NCBI GenBank assembly: GCA_965153355.1
Contig: OZ231126.1
Span: 37,014,001 to 37,078,000, forward strand
DNA: 64,000 nucleotides
Source of the DNA: Flaccisagitta enflata
Taxonomy: Eukaryota
Direction: 5' to 3'
Made by a program: the position numbers and the translations under genes
Part shown: piece by piece, positions 40,864-54,189 of the stretch
How positions within the stretch are numbered: the stretch's first letter is position 1
Layout of the letters: each line of letters opens with the position of its first letter
Notes under the pieces: generated by a model
What the model was told of the DNA's origin: nothing
Database searches by the model: none
What the model saw: the letters and a program-made list of their open reading frames with translations, nothing else

Positions 40864-41274
40864 GTCCCATGATTTAAACGATATCAGGAAATAGAATCAT
40901 TTTAGGCCCAAAATCATTTGTCTCTTACCAAATATTAATGTAGATAGACCCAATTCATCCCCTAGGCTTAGTTTCAGGGCAGGGCATTCATATAAAGGAC
41001 AAGGTATAAACCTCAGAGTACTAAATGAACTCATAAGTGCAAGTTGCTGAGATCTAGGAAAATGGAGTAAAAATACCCTCATACATAAAATGCAAAATTC
41101 AGGGCCGTCAGCCATGACAATGCAAGACGAAGACTTGATCTACATAGTCAGTAGATGATAGAACCTAAATATATAAGCGGCTAAGATTTTCTACCAAGAA
41201 AAGTTATTTCAAACAGATCTAGTTTTATGGCGCAAATCACCTAATTCCATTCTATTTCCTGGACTTGTGGGGGT

Positions 41275-41566
<292 letters not shown>

Positions 41567-41658
41567 CGCGCGCTACAATCATTTGTTCGTATCACCGTAC
41601 CTCCTTGTTTCAAGAGGGCGCTAGCAGTAGGCTCGGTATGCGAGGATTCCTCCCGGGC

Positions 41659-41670
41659 GGCGCCATTTTG
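41659..41670 (+). promoter_or_regulatory. YY1/Pho-like motif upstream of the orphan ORF
   Basis: ggcgccattttg matches the CGCCATnTT consensus, in a CpG-rich unique segment about 200 nt before the ATG. Confidence 0.3.
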
Positions 41671-41862
41671 AATAAAGATTGACGCTGCGTAAAATTTTTG
41701 CCCGGAAACAATACATTCGACTTTCGTCCTCACGCGTCCCTTCCCTGCCTGAATGAGCGTCAACCACGTTATGGCGTCGCGCTAACGTCCATTGCCCGTC
41801 CCGCATCGGGTGTCTCGACTGTTGCAGCTCTCCCAAATAAACTAGCGACTAACGTTTCATCG

Positions 41863-42708
41863 ATGATGGAGACGGCAATTAAGTCGTCAACAACGCCCTT
41901 GGCTTCATCGTCGTCCGTATTGAGTGCCGCCTCTCCTACACAGGATTTGGAGGAGGCACGTACGTTGACCACGTCTCTCTACGGCCTTGAAGAACGTGCA
42001 TCCAAGGCACTTCATTCCTCGCAACAGCCATGGACAATCCCTCTTCGTCCTTTGACCAGTTTGAGAGGACTCGTTCTCAGACTGCACTTTTCCAGGGCAA
42101 TTTTGCTCATTGGCGGACTGGCGTTGTCCCCTCGATTTGTCACCGACCACGCCTCCTCTGACTCATCTGTTGCAACCTTCCTTACAAAACCAGCGACTTA
42201 TGTTTCAGTGACTTTGGCGTCCTCGACGAAGAATTTGTCAGCTTCACCCGCGCATCCGGCATCATCCCATCCTGCTTCCGCCTCTCCTCCTCAGGACTTG
42301 GCTGTACTGACATCAAAAGCTCCTTTTCATCCTTCCGGCATATGTGCAACCGCGGCGTTCGCCTCCTCGACGCACAATGGTTGTGCCACGTCAACGTTCC
42401 CAGCCGACGTCACCTCATGTGTTTCAACATTTGCAATATTCTCTTTAAAACTGGCGATAGTTGATCCAACGACGGTTACTATCTCGGCAATAACGGCGAC
42501 GTTGAATTCATTAAGTGCGCCTCTGACTTTGTCCATTTCGTTGCGATTCTTATGGTCGTGTAAGGCACCGCGGATCGATCGTCTTACGAATACGTTGTCG
42601 ATTGTTTTTGTTTTTTTGAAGGGCATCGTTATCAGACTGCATCGTTCTAGGGCATTTTTGCTTCATGGCGGACTGGCGATCCCCCTTCCGTTTACCGAGG
42701 ACCTTTAG
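41863..42708 (+). CDS. Hypothetical protein (281 aa from first ATG; frame open from 41698) with two copies of a 30-aa motif
   Basis: About 1 kb open frame in non-repetitive GC-rich DNA. Internal repeats at 42061-42150 and 42616-42705 are 17/30 aa identical with four synonymous differences in this frame. No family recognised; splicing not excluded. Confidence 0.5.
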   Translation: MMETAIKSSTTPLASSSSVLSAASPTQDLEEARTLTTSLYGLEERASKALHSSQQPWTIPLRPLTSLRGLVLRLHFSRAILLIGGLALSPRFVTDHASSDSSVATFLTKPATYVSVTLASSTKNLSASPAHPASSHPASASPPQDLAVLTSKAPFHPSGICATAAFASSTHNGCATSTFPADVTSCVSTFAIFSLKLAIVDPTTVTISAITATLNSLSAPLTLSISLRFLWSCKAPRIDRLTNTLSIVFVFLKGIVIRLHRSRAFLLHGGLAIPLPFTEDL

Positions 42709-42949
42709 TTCATAGCAATCTTACCGATTCCAGTTTTTTGCCCTTTTGGCTTCCTAGTTTCTTCCATACTGTTCGTCATCGACCTCCGCCTAATCTTAAA
42801 TGATGCCGTGATTATTTGTAATCTCGTTTATTTGAAGAAAAAAAAAGTGTCATTTTTGGCGTAATTTGAAAATTGATGGATGCCTTCTTTCCCTTGTTTT
42901 CCAGAAAAAAACAATACAAAATTTTTTAAATCTCTCTCCATCTTAACAT

Positions 42950-43070
42950 ACGTCTCGCACGGAACAAATCAGCGTCGCAGCGACGAGTCAAATATCTTCA
43001 TTCTATCCTATCAGCTACGCCCCGTTTCTTTAGAAAAGTGGAAAAGTAAAGGTTCTTGGGAAATGTAAGT
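42950..43070 (+). other. Putative non-coding first exon/promoter of lark
   Basis: CpG-rich unique DNA ending in donor aat|gtaagt (43065). The lark ATG is immediately preceded by an acceptor-like cgcag (46707-46711). Confidence 0.4.
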
Positions 43071-43358
43071 AGAGGTGTGCTGCGTAGCCTGCGTTGTTGG
43101 TATGTTACGCGACGAGTACGTGCACTGTGTCACTCCTGAGCCCCTAATTTGACACAGTGGTCTGACGCATTCGCATACACCTTGATCTGGGTGTCTATTG
43201 AGATGTTAGATTTTTCGCCGTTTTGTTTTTGTTTTTACAGTTATGGTGATGAATAAACATTTTATCTTGCTCATAATTAGAACTAGCAAAATGATATTAA
43301 GATTATTGATTGTTACAGTCTGAGTTTCTGTATAAGCAATGATATAGTAAGTACCAAT

Positions 43359-44577
43359 CAGGGGCCAGTAGAGGAATTCCGGGCCCCTATACAATCAAAA
43401 ATCCGGGCCCTCCCATTCCCCCCCCCCCACCCCAATTTGCTATCCAGCGAGAAAGATGCTCCTATTCTGCCCTGTTCAGCAATTTCACCAAGGGAATGGC
43501 TTGCAAAAAGAAAACAAAAGCCTAATGATAATAGAATGTTTTGAATTGTCAGCCAAGGGCCCGTTTTTGCACACAATTCCCTTCTTTGAACGACTATCAG
43601 TTACTTTACAACGCGAAAATGGAGCCATGCTCCTTGAACGTAGCCCGCTTCCGTTGCCCGCTTCCGTTGATGGAGAACACTGAATAATGTGACAATGTTC
43701 TTTAATTCAAAACTCTGAATACCCCTTTATTCGTTAAGACACGATGAAAATAATCGTGACAGTTCAGTTTCACCAAGGGCAAAAATTTTGTCATTTTTTT
43801 TCTGCAAAACAATAGATTCATATGCTAGCATATATTTTTTCATGTAAGTAGCAAAAAAAATTAATGCAAAATCTCAAAAATTTAAAAAGTTACAGCTATT
43901 TTTCTCTTTAAAAAAACTATTTTTCTTTTCTACACATATTTACCTATTTCACTAAAAAAATGATGATTAAGTTTTTCAAAACCTTGTTATATTTATTCAG
44001 CAGTATGTTATTCAATATGAAGAATATAAAAACTGATAAAATTTTAAGATTTTTAAAGATTTTTAAAGATTTTTTTTATTTTTTTTGCTAAAAAATGTTA
44101 TTTTTTGAATATTTTTTTAGTTTGAAATATTTTAGTAGCCTATCAAAGCGGGACAAATATTGAATAAAGGTAGACATAATAAATTGATGAATAAATATAC
44201 AACTTATAACTAATTTTAAAAATTATGAAGATTCTATAGCAAAAAGATAATAGAAATCAGTTAAAAACTCTTATTTTAACAATAGATCAGCTTTTCAAGT
44301 TCAAATATTTTTTGACAGCTGGAAAAATACATCAATGTATGTTAGATTAATAAGGATATATGTGCATATCCATTTAAGAACTATTTTGAAAATTTTGTGA
44401 AAATTGGTCCCCAATTTTCTCTCACTTCTTTCAACTTGTCATAAATTTACCTGACAAAGTTTTTCCTTACCAGCGTTTTACTTAATGGCACTTGTAACCC
44501 AACATTCTCTTTTACGGTTTTACTATCTTTCTATCTGTCATTCTTTCTCTCATTCTTTCTCTCATTCTTTCTCTCAT

Positions 44578-44640
<63 letters not shown>

Positions 44641-46406
44641 CTTTCTATTTTTCTTTCTTTCTTTCTTTCTTTCTTTCTTTCGCTCTCTCTCTCTTTCTTT
44701 CTTCCTTCCATCCTTCCTTCCTGCCTTCCTTCCTTCCTTCCTGCCTTCCTTCTTTTCTTTCGTCCCTTCATTCACTCATTCTTTCTTTCTTTCTTTCATT
44801 CTTGTCGCTTGCAAGGCAACTGTAAGAGGGCGTTTTTGTGGAAGGGTTTGTCTGTACATGTGAAATCAAACGTTTTCTGATCCGTACTGCTCCTGTCCAG
44901 TCTCTACACGGCCCACCTACCCCATTACTGCCCCTGCCCACCTGCCAGTGACTACTTTTAGGTCCGGTATGAGGCGTAGTCTTTTTTTTTTTTTTAATCT
45001 CATTTGTTCAATATCTCATCTCCTTTTTTCCTTTTTTTGTGAGAAAGCAAGCAAACTAGATAGCAATCTAGCAAGCAATAAAGTAAACAAGTATCAATCT
45101 TAGTTTAATCATTTATTGATACTCATCAATAAGGGTTTCATTTTTATTCGAAACCTTATTTAAAAAGTAAGCTTTCAGGTTTTACATTTTGCTTATTTTG
45201 ATGAGCGTGAAATTGATGAGACCCAACTGAGCGCGGAATAACAAATTTGCATGGAAAATAAAAAAATGGAAAAAACAAAAACATCAGACATTACTAACAT
45301 ACATTAAAGGTCTGATGTTTTCAGAAATGCAAAATCTTCATCCGCGTTGGAGATTTGTTATTCCGCGGTTTGAAAATGTTTTTTTCAAAAATGGCAAATG
45401 AGCATGTTGGAGTTCGAAAAATTTACAAAATCGATACTTAACTTTGACCAAATGATATGAAATTTGGTGGGCACGTTGGTGGATGTTCCCCCCAACTACA
45501 GTAAAAATTTCATTCTTTAACTCCAACAGGAAGTGCCATAAATAGAAAAAAGAAATTTTGCTGTCATTTTTTCTAAGTTTTCATTGTAACCTGACATTTT
45601 TTACAACATTTTTGTAAAGGACAAGATTAAATGGAAATAAACATCGCAAAAATTTTTTATATTAGTACCAAATAGGTAAAAGCAGACCTGTAGAAAGGAA
45701 ATGACCATAGGACTCCAACTGTGTCGGTGATATTATCAAGAAATTGGTGCATGAAAATGTGTGTCTGCTGATTTTGTTTATTTTCATCAATTCTTTCCCT
45801 TTTCTTCACATATTCACTTTCTAAAACCCTTAAAAAGTGGATGACATTAAATAAAGTATTGTTAGTGCGTGTGATACACATGACGAAGCAGTTTTGAGAC
45901 AAAATCGGACGATTTGATGCAGACAAATATGCGGGAAATGTGCTGAAATTAGAGTGTTATAACTTGGTTCATGCTGTCTTAAACTCCCCCCCCCCCTTCT
46001 TTTTGGCTGTGATCTGCATATATTTTATTTGTTAGAGGAAAAAAATCGGCTGATATTGTTATTTTCATTTGCAACGTTGACTGTGATAAAATTTTGATTG
46101 CTTGTGTTCCCTTTTTCTTTCAGAAAAAAAAAATTCCCTTCTTTTTCTTCTCTTTTTCCTTTTTCTTCTTTTTTTCTCCTTTTTCTGTTTTTTTTTTCTT
46201 TTTTCTTTTTTTTCCTTTTTCTTCTTTTATTTCTTTTTCTTTTTTTTTTTCTTTTTTTTTCTTTTTTCCCTTCTTTTTCTTGTTTTTTTCTCTTTTCCCC
46301 TCTTTTTTTCTCTTCATTTCTTACACCATTTAGGGGCCCTCCGGGCCCCCCTGAGGGCCGGCCCCCTGTACTTTGTATAGGGTGTATAGGCCTCTAAAGG
46401 TCTCTG
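43359..46406. mobile_element. hAT-like non-autonomous element (~3 kb including nested repeats)
   Basis: TIR caggggccagtagagg / cctctaaaggtctctg; 8-bp TSD gtaccaat / gtacaaat (1 mismatch); gggccc subterminal motifs at both ends. Confidence 0.72.
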
Positions 46407-46711
46407 GTACAAATTAATAAAGGAATTAAAAAGAATGAAAGATTATTAACATAAAAAAAAAAACGGCAGTACTGTATGAAAAATACAAATGTAAAAGAAA
46501 ATAATATTTGATAATATTAAATGTTGATGCTTTAGCAGTTTTATTAAAAAACCTTTTGGACCCTGATGACCGGTGCTGAGGAATGTTTCAATTGTAAAAA
46601 CCCGCTTGCCGTTGGCTCTTGGGTCATTATATGTGCCGCATGCGTCTGATGAACAGAATTCAAATTCCTATTTCGTCACCCCACCCCGATTGGTCCCGTC
46701 TCGCCACGCAG

Positions 46712-49700
46712 ATGCCTGGAAGAAGCGACCGCGCGACGACGAAAATCTTTGTTGGCAATTTACCGGATCGATATCCGGACGACAGCCTCCGCGAATTGTT
46801 TGAACAATACGGGGAAGTGTCTGAATGCGACGTCATAAAAAACTTCGCCTTTGTTCATTTCGTTAATGAGGAAGAAGCCGAAGCGGCGGTGAAGGGTCTA
46901 AACAGCGCCGAAGTCAAAGGCAAAAACATCCGCGTCGAAATATCCGAGAAAGTACGAACATGAAGCTTAAAATCGATTGCTATCCGTCGTTGAATCCGCG
47001 TATCCGGTCTAGTGCGTCGCCGACTCGCTATAGCGTCGAACGACGTGGTCTTTAGCCGAATCGTCCGTCCTATGTAGTCCGTATTTGGTGCTTTTCAGTA
47101 CCATTCTGTGGTCCTCAATTGTTAGCTCGGTTATTGTATTCCCTTCACTCGCGTCGTGCGCGTTTACAGAGTCGAGGCGGTCGCGGTGGTGATAGTCGCG
47201 GGTCAAACGGCGCTAGCAGCAGGAAGGAAGGGGGAACTACGAAATTGTTTGTAGGTATGATCTCTCTCGTTGCTCGACACACTCTCGCTTCGGGAAAAAT
47301 CCCGAAAAAAGTATCACATTTTTAGCGCCGTTCGTTGTTCGTTCGTGTAGGCAATCTTCCCGATGGATATCCGGACAACTCTCTCCGCGAGCTGTTTGAG
47401 AAGTACGGCGAGGTGACCGAATGCGATGTGCTCAAAAATTTTGGGTTCGTCCATTTCCGTAAGCCGGAAGAAGCGGAGAGGGCCAAGGATGGGCTCTCCA
47501 ATCACTCCATCGAGGGAAAACGAATCCGCGTGGAAAGTTCCGGGTCCGGGAGAGGCGGTGGTTCGTCGGCCGCGGGAACCAAACTCTTCGTCGGTAGGAA
47601 CGTCATATGGTATATCTATGGACCATTTAAGCTAGATAGTTCGTTTCCGGTCCGCGTCGAGTTGTCGAAGTCGGTTAGTTGAGTCTCTCGGCAATGCCTC
47701 GTACGCGTCTTTACGGTCAGCTTTTTGTCCCCGTTCCACACCGGAAAAATTTAGGCAATCTTCCCGATGATTTACCAACCGGCGAATTACGTTCCATGTT
47801 CGAGAAATACGGCCGCGTCGTCGAGTGTGACATCATTAAACACTTTGCCTTCGGTAACGATAATAAAAAGATGTTATTGATATCAGTTAACTTTCCACAA
47901 TAAAATAACCCCTAAATTACCAGATGAATAAGGCCGGATACACGGCCACCAGTTGTGGACGGGTGGGCAGGGGCGGAAAGGCGCGTTTTCCTACTTTTGA
48001 TCATTATGGACCAACGGACCGACGGACCGACGGACGGATGGACGGACTGATGGATGGACAAACAAACCGACGGACGGACAAAGCCTCTTATAGAGTTTGC
48101 TAAAATCAGGTCAATATTTACTTCAAACGGTTTGAGGAAAACATTTAAATGTGGTCCATTGGTCTTTTTCAACAGTGGAGTAAATGAATCTTGATCAATC
48201 ATGGTTTTTAATGTTTTTAAAAGGCATAGAAATTGATGTTGAACATGATTTTTATAGTTTGTCCATCTTTTACAACAGATGCTAATACTGTAGTTCTCGT
48301 CTAGACTAGAAATAACAGAGGCAAGAATAATGGGAGGATAAATGAAGCCAGGTCAATGATACTTGGATAAAGATTAATTATTGCCTATGATGGTTAGTTG
48401 CTGTGGAAACAATTTCCATGTATTCTCAGCCTAGGTCTCCCAGAATGATACATTTTGTTAAAAAGTACTAATCCCTGCGACTTTTCTTGAAGATTTTACA
48501 CCACTGAATAAGAATTGAGCAGCAAAAAAATTTTTTGAAATTTTTTTATGGCGGAAGTATTACTATCTTGGAAAAAATAAAAGTCCAAGCTGAATGAAGG
48601 AATGAGTTTCTTTTAAATTTATTCAAATTATAATTATTTTTATAAGCCTAGTATTTAGAATATCCTTTTTAGAGTTTAAAAACAGCTTGGATCTGTAAGG
48701 GCATGCCTTGGAAAAGAGTATCAAGCCATTTTGAAGCAAAATACCTCCACACAATTTTCTTACATTTTTTGAGAATCAACATTTTCACTTTTTCTGATGT
48801 AAAATCCAAACGAATAGAGCTATGAGTCTCTGCTTGGCGGCAATAGATAGCCCTGATCAATAGCTTCAAAATGGTCACCGATTTTCCTTTTAAATTTTGC
48901 ATATCAAAGCGACACTGTAACAAAACATCAAGTGTTTTATTCTATTTAATTTTTTTGTTTGTTCTCTGAAATCAACATTTTCACTTTTTTGATGTAAAAT
49001 CTAAATGAATAAAGCTATAAGTCTCAGCTTGGTGCCATTTACTAGCCCTGTTCATTAGCTTCATTTTGGTCACCAATTTTTATATCAAATCATGTATATC
49101 AAAGCCTAATTATGAAAAAACTTCCTGGACTTTTATTTTTTCCAAGATAGTAGGCCAAAGGTGATATAAGGTCAAAATTTCTAAATGAGAATTTTATGAA
49201 TCTGATTGCAGATTCATAATCCTTGCAAAAAACTGTCAAAAGAAAGTGCTCTTCTTTTATTGATATTCCTTCAGGAACTTGGTCAAAATAAAGGTCAAAG
49301 ATCTAGATTGGGTCAAAATTGCCCTTTTGTTTAAAATAAACCTTATTTAGACTTTTGACCTCAATTTTGACAATCTTCCCAAAGGATTATCAAAAAAAGA
49401 AGAGCACTTTCTTGTGACAGTTTTTTGAAAGGATCATGAATCTGCAATCAGATTTGCAAAATTGTCATTTTGAAATTTTGACCTTATATCACCTTTGACT
49501 TGACACTTCCGCCATAAAAAAATTTCAAAAAAATTTATCTTTGCTGAATTCTTATTCTCTGGTGTATTTTCTTTGAGAAAAGCTGCAGGGATGAGTATTT
49601 TTCAATAAAATGAGTTTTTCTGGGAGGTCTAATTCTCACTGAAATATCAATATTCTTCATATAAACGTATATTCTTGATATCGACATACATTGTACAAGA

Positions 49701-52700
49701 ACATCGCACAGTTTCATTCACTACCATTTTTTCACGGTATACTCTGTAGGAATGTCGCTTGTTTTGCTGTTTTTATGGAGCTGTGTAGGGTTGTCACACA
49801 TGGGTACAGTGGGGTTCATGGAATAACAGCCTAAACTGAAGGAAAATGTTTAAGTGTTTTAATTTCATTTTCCAAACTGGATATTTGAAATATAAGTTGT
49901 TCAATTGGTGCTTGTGTCCCTGAGTTTTTGGTTGCTATGGAAACCAAAATCATTTTTTCAAACATGTATAACTGCTTGAATGTCAATTTTGACAGGGAAT
50001 ATTGTTCAGAACTAAATTTGCTACAACTTTCCCACAGTATGTTCGGTAAGAATATTGCTTGTTTGGCCATTGCTAGGGAGCATCACACATAGCAACCACT
50101 AAATGCCCCCTAGCAACAGCTAAACGAGCGTTATTCTTACAGAAAATACTGTTGGAAAGTTGTAAATTTGAATTTAAACCATGTTCCCTTATCACACTTG
50201 TGAAAATATTGATATTATAGCAGTTATAACTGTTCAAAAAAATTATTTTGATTTCCATAGCAACCGAAGAACTCTTGGACACAAGCATCAATTGAACAAC
50301 TTATATTTCAAATACCGAGTTTTTCAAATGAAATTAAGACAATAAGATACCTTCCTCCATTTTAGGCTGTTATTCCACAAACCTCACTGTACGCTCCTCG
50401 GTAATGGTCAAACTAGCAATTTTAATACAGATCATAATGTAGCGAATTAGATTTTGAGCAATGTTCCTAGCTTATTCTGTTCAAAACATTAAAATTTTAT
50501 ATTTTATATTAATTCATATTCCTATCATTAGTCCCCTAGCTTTATTTCTTGCATTATGCTTGATCCCGTCAATGCGTTGATTCGAAATGATACAAAGAAT
50601 TTTAAAAATTTTTTAGAAAAATTTTAAAATGATTATCATTTTGTCATTTCTGACACCAACCGGTGACCACTTGACTTTAAAACAATCTCAGCAAAATGGG
50701 AGAGAATTTGCATTTTTTTTTTTTTTTTTTTTTTGATGTTGGACATTGATGAGAGAAGCATTCATCTAGAACACGGCCGGATACACGGCAATCTAGGCGC
50801 GGACGGTTGGGCAGGAGCAGTGATGCGAAAACCGCTCACAATTTTAGAAATATCACGGACGGACGGACGGACGGATGGACGAACTGGCCGACACGGCAAG
50901 ATGTAGTCGCGTGTCCGCGACTAAAAAGATCACTTTTTAATTCAGCTTTGATACCTGATTCATGAGGAATGTGCATACACCGTCTTTAAATCGAATTGAG
51001 TTATTTTAAACCTTTATAAATCCTAAACTACTTGTCAAAAAGTCCTCAAATTTTTAGAGAATGTTGGCAACATACAACGGTTTTGTTATACAAAACCTCA
51101 TATTAGAGTATAAGACAGTTGAGGATTGGCAAAACATAAAAAAAAATTCACTTTTGAAGCAGCGACAATTCTTTCATATTTTCTTCCGCAAAGAAGCATT
51201 TTTTAGTTGCACGCTATTTCTAAAGTAACAAAGCTATAGCCCCGGGGAAGGTCTCAAATGGCAGACGATATATCATAAATTTCAATTTTGTCCAAAAATT
51301 TTAGAAAATTTGGATATTTCAAGAGGTTATGATCGATTTGAAAAGAAATTCTGTTGTCATGCAGACTTCAAATTCTGGAAAATTGATCAAAATCTTCATA
51401 AATGTCAAAAAAGGTCAAAAATTTTGCCAAAACTAAAAAATATGATTTTTTTTTTTTATTGGAGACCAGTCTCAGGGTTCCAGCTCAATGTATTTTGAAA
51501 TGGTAAGTTTATATTAACAACTTCTTTCAAAAAACCCCATGAAATAAGTGATTTTGCTCATAAAAATCCACTTTTTTCAATGATTTGCTGATCCTCACCT
51601 TCTCATGACCAAAAATTGAAGTTTTGCTTAACAAAACCGTAATTTATTACCAACATTATCTTAAAATTTGAAGACTTTTTGCCAAGTAGTTTAGGATTTA
51701 TAAAGGTTTAACATAACTCAATTCGATTTAAAGACGGTGTATGTATTTCACTTCTTCGGCAAACACACATTGCTTATGTTTACATAAACTCAGTTCATTT
51801 CGACAATCCGCGGGATGCGAGCACGGCCAAGGACGCCCTCAACAATGTTCGAATTAAGGATCGAAATATTAGGGTCCAGATTTCGAACACCGGAGTGCGA
51901 CAGAAGGCTGGAATGGGCGACTCGGATGGATGCTTCGGCTGTGGCGAAAGGGGTAGGCGTAAGGGGTATAGCTTTTATGCCTGCACGGTGCATGTGACTC
52001 ATACTCGTCTTGTCCATTGGTCGGTCAGTTCGTCTGTTAACCAGTCCATCTGTCAATTACTCAATTAGGAATTTGTGTTTTTAATGACTTTCGACTGTAA
52101 AATTGGTGAGAATTAAATTCGCAAAGACTTTTCTATATGTTTTGTCTGCAAATTGCCCGCTTAGCCATTCATCGCTGGGAATCATCACATCGGTTCAGTG
52201 CTTCTTAGCAAAGGGCCGTGTAAATGAGTAAAATTTTGAAAGGGCTTTGTACCGGAAAGTTTGAGCAAATTTTATTCTACCCCTCTCACTACCCCTCTTC
52301 TCAGTACTCCCCCTCTCAGTGCCCCTCCCACATTCATATCCCCATTAATACACAATACGAGATGTTGGATGCCGTTGACCTCTTTTAGTCTAACGCTTGA
52401 TCATTTCTACTTTTTCTCTAGGTCATTGGAGCAAGGAATGCCCAAATCAGGGCCGTGGTCGATCCGGCGGTGCTAGTAGTGGGAAGGATCGCGACACTTG
52501 TAATCGATGCGGCGAAGCTGGTCATTGGGCTCGTGACTGCCCAAAACCTTCAGATTGGCGGCCGAGAGACGGCGGTCGCGATAGCGGTAGGGACGGAGGA
52601 CGTCGCGGTTATGACGATAGAAGCGATTATGGCAGTAGGGGCAGAAATGACTTCGACCGTGGTGGACCCTCTCAAATTAGCGTCGTTGGCTCTCGCGATA

Positions 52701-53536
52701 ACATGAGCAGTCTCAGCCGCAGTCTTCCAAGCAGCCAGATGGGTGGCGGAGTCATGGGTGGAGGAAGTGGAGCAGTGATGGGTGGTGGCGCCACGATGGG
52801 AGGAGGATTGGGCATAACCATGGGCGGTGGATTGAGTGGAAGGGATCCTTATGCTCCAGTTAGAGATCCTTACGGCGCCCCTCGCCCTGACGCCTACGGC
52901 AGCCAACGGGCTGACCCCTACAGCGCCCCTCCAAGGCAAGATGCTTATGGTCCGCCTCGAGCGGAGAGTTATGGAGTTCCTCAAAGGGACCCCTATGGAC
53001 CACCTCGCGACAGCTACCGATCTTCGGATCCTTATGCTCGGGATTCTGGATACCCTTCTATGCGCGACCGTAGTCCTCTTAGGGCTCCTCCAAGCTCCGT
53101 TCCTTCCGATTCGTTCTTCAGGCGAACCCCTCCGCGATCGTTGCCGCCAAAGGAAGACATGTATGGTAGATTGCAGTATGGAGCCATCGACGATCGCCCC
53201 GCATATGGCGGAGGCAGCGAGCCCATGGCAGCGTACACTCAGTCATCCTTGGGTAGTAGCGGTGGGGGTGGTTTGCCTAGTCGGTCTTATCCCATGGAAC
53301 AGGATCGCTACGCCGGCCAGATGGGTGGTGGCGGCCAACTGAGCAGCGGCCACCCATCTGGCCTTGAGGAGATGAGCATGGGCAATGGAGCTGGGAGAGG
53401 AGCCGTTGGGTATCCGCAACAGCAAGCCATGAGTTCCGCGAATGATGGCCGCGGTTTAGGGTTCCCGGCGTCATCTCACATGGCCTCTTACGGGGGTCAA
53501 GACCGCGGATTCAGCGGATACGGATACGGCCGTTAG
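46712..53536 (+). CDS. lark: RNA-binding protein lark/RBM4-like, 646 aa. Exons 46712-46951, 47170-47254, 47351-47593, 47755-47853, 51794-51952, 52422-53536
   Basis: Six GT-AG exons sum to 1941 nt in frame. Three RRMs (K[IL]FVGNLP...ECD[VI][IL]K[NH]F[AG]FVHF), the lark-like linker VRQKAGMGD, knuckles CFGCGERGHWSKEC and CNRCGEAGHWARDC, then a Gly/Pro/Tyr-rich tail. Confidence 0.92.
48480..49580. mobile_element. Palindromic MITE with a second palindromic MITE nested at about 49154-49500
   Basis: The arm tttttatggcggaagtattactatcttggaaaaaataaaagtcca is mirrored but split by ggccaaaggtgatataaggtc...gaccttatatcacctttgact. Confidence 0.78.
49807..50389. mobile_element. Tc1/mariner-like palindromic MITE
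   Basis: TA-cagtggggttcatggaataacagcctaaa ... tttaggctgttattccacaaacctcactg-TA. Confidence 0.85.
50978..51739. mobile_element. Tc1/mariner-like MITE
   Basis: TA-caccgtctttaaatcgaattgagttat ... ataactcaattcgatttaaagacggtg-TA, with near-perfect long TIRs. Confidence 0.88.
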
Positions 53537-54189
53537 ACTTCAACACCGATACGTCGAACATTACCGCGATTGCGAAGACTCAGTTCCTCCTGTATGGAAG
53601 CCCGAGTATACTAGTATGTAGCGCCGTCGCCTCGTCTGCGTTTATCCATTTTCTACAACTTCCTCTCGATTGTATCTTCGGTGAACTTTTTTGGGGTAAC
53701 GCAGTTTGCCTTCTCTACCCCTGCTAGTCCTCGCGTTTTCGTGTATTCTTATTTCATGGATAGTCTTTCCCCTTCGTTGACTATGATAAAGTTCCATATT
53801 TACGCACACACATACACAAATAGACTTTATAATTATAGTTCGAAAAGCATCCTTCGTCGTCGTTTCGCGAATTCCGATAGTTACTTCCGTCGTCGTCGTC
53901 CGTGTTCACTCGGTTATTCTTATTCCCTTGTACGGTGCCACCGTGGCAAAACATTTTTTCTCCGCTTCTTTGTCTCTCGAGCCTTCATTTTTTGTATGAA
54001 ATGCTACCTTCATTCATTCGTAGATTATTTTTCTCTTCCGATTGCGTTTTATTCTCTAATTTTTTCGTCCATTCCAGTAATTTATTAATACATTTGAGTG
54101 GGACCTAAACAGCCTGCCCTGTGGGGAATTGTCCGGATTGTGATAGCCGGACTTGTACGTGGATTGAGTTTTTGTCAATTCCAATCTGA

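Noticed and set aside
41590-41670. GC-rich stretch ending in ..GGCGCCA, tRNA-like at first glance
   Set aside because: No convincing cloverleaf or TTC T-loop/B box; no tRNA or rRNA could be supported anywhere in the window.
41769-42626. Minus-strand ORFs opposite the orphan ORF
   Set aside because: Broken by several stops, including one inside the duplicated motif; the plus frame is continuous.
52455-53474. Overlapping alternative-frame and antisense ORFs in the last lark exon
   Set aside because: Expected shadows of a GC-rich coding exon; no independent motifs.
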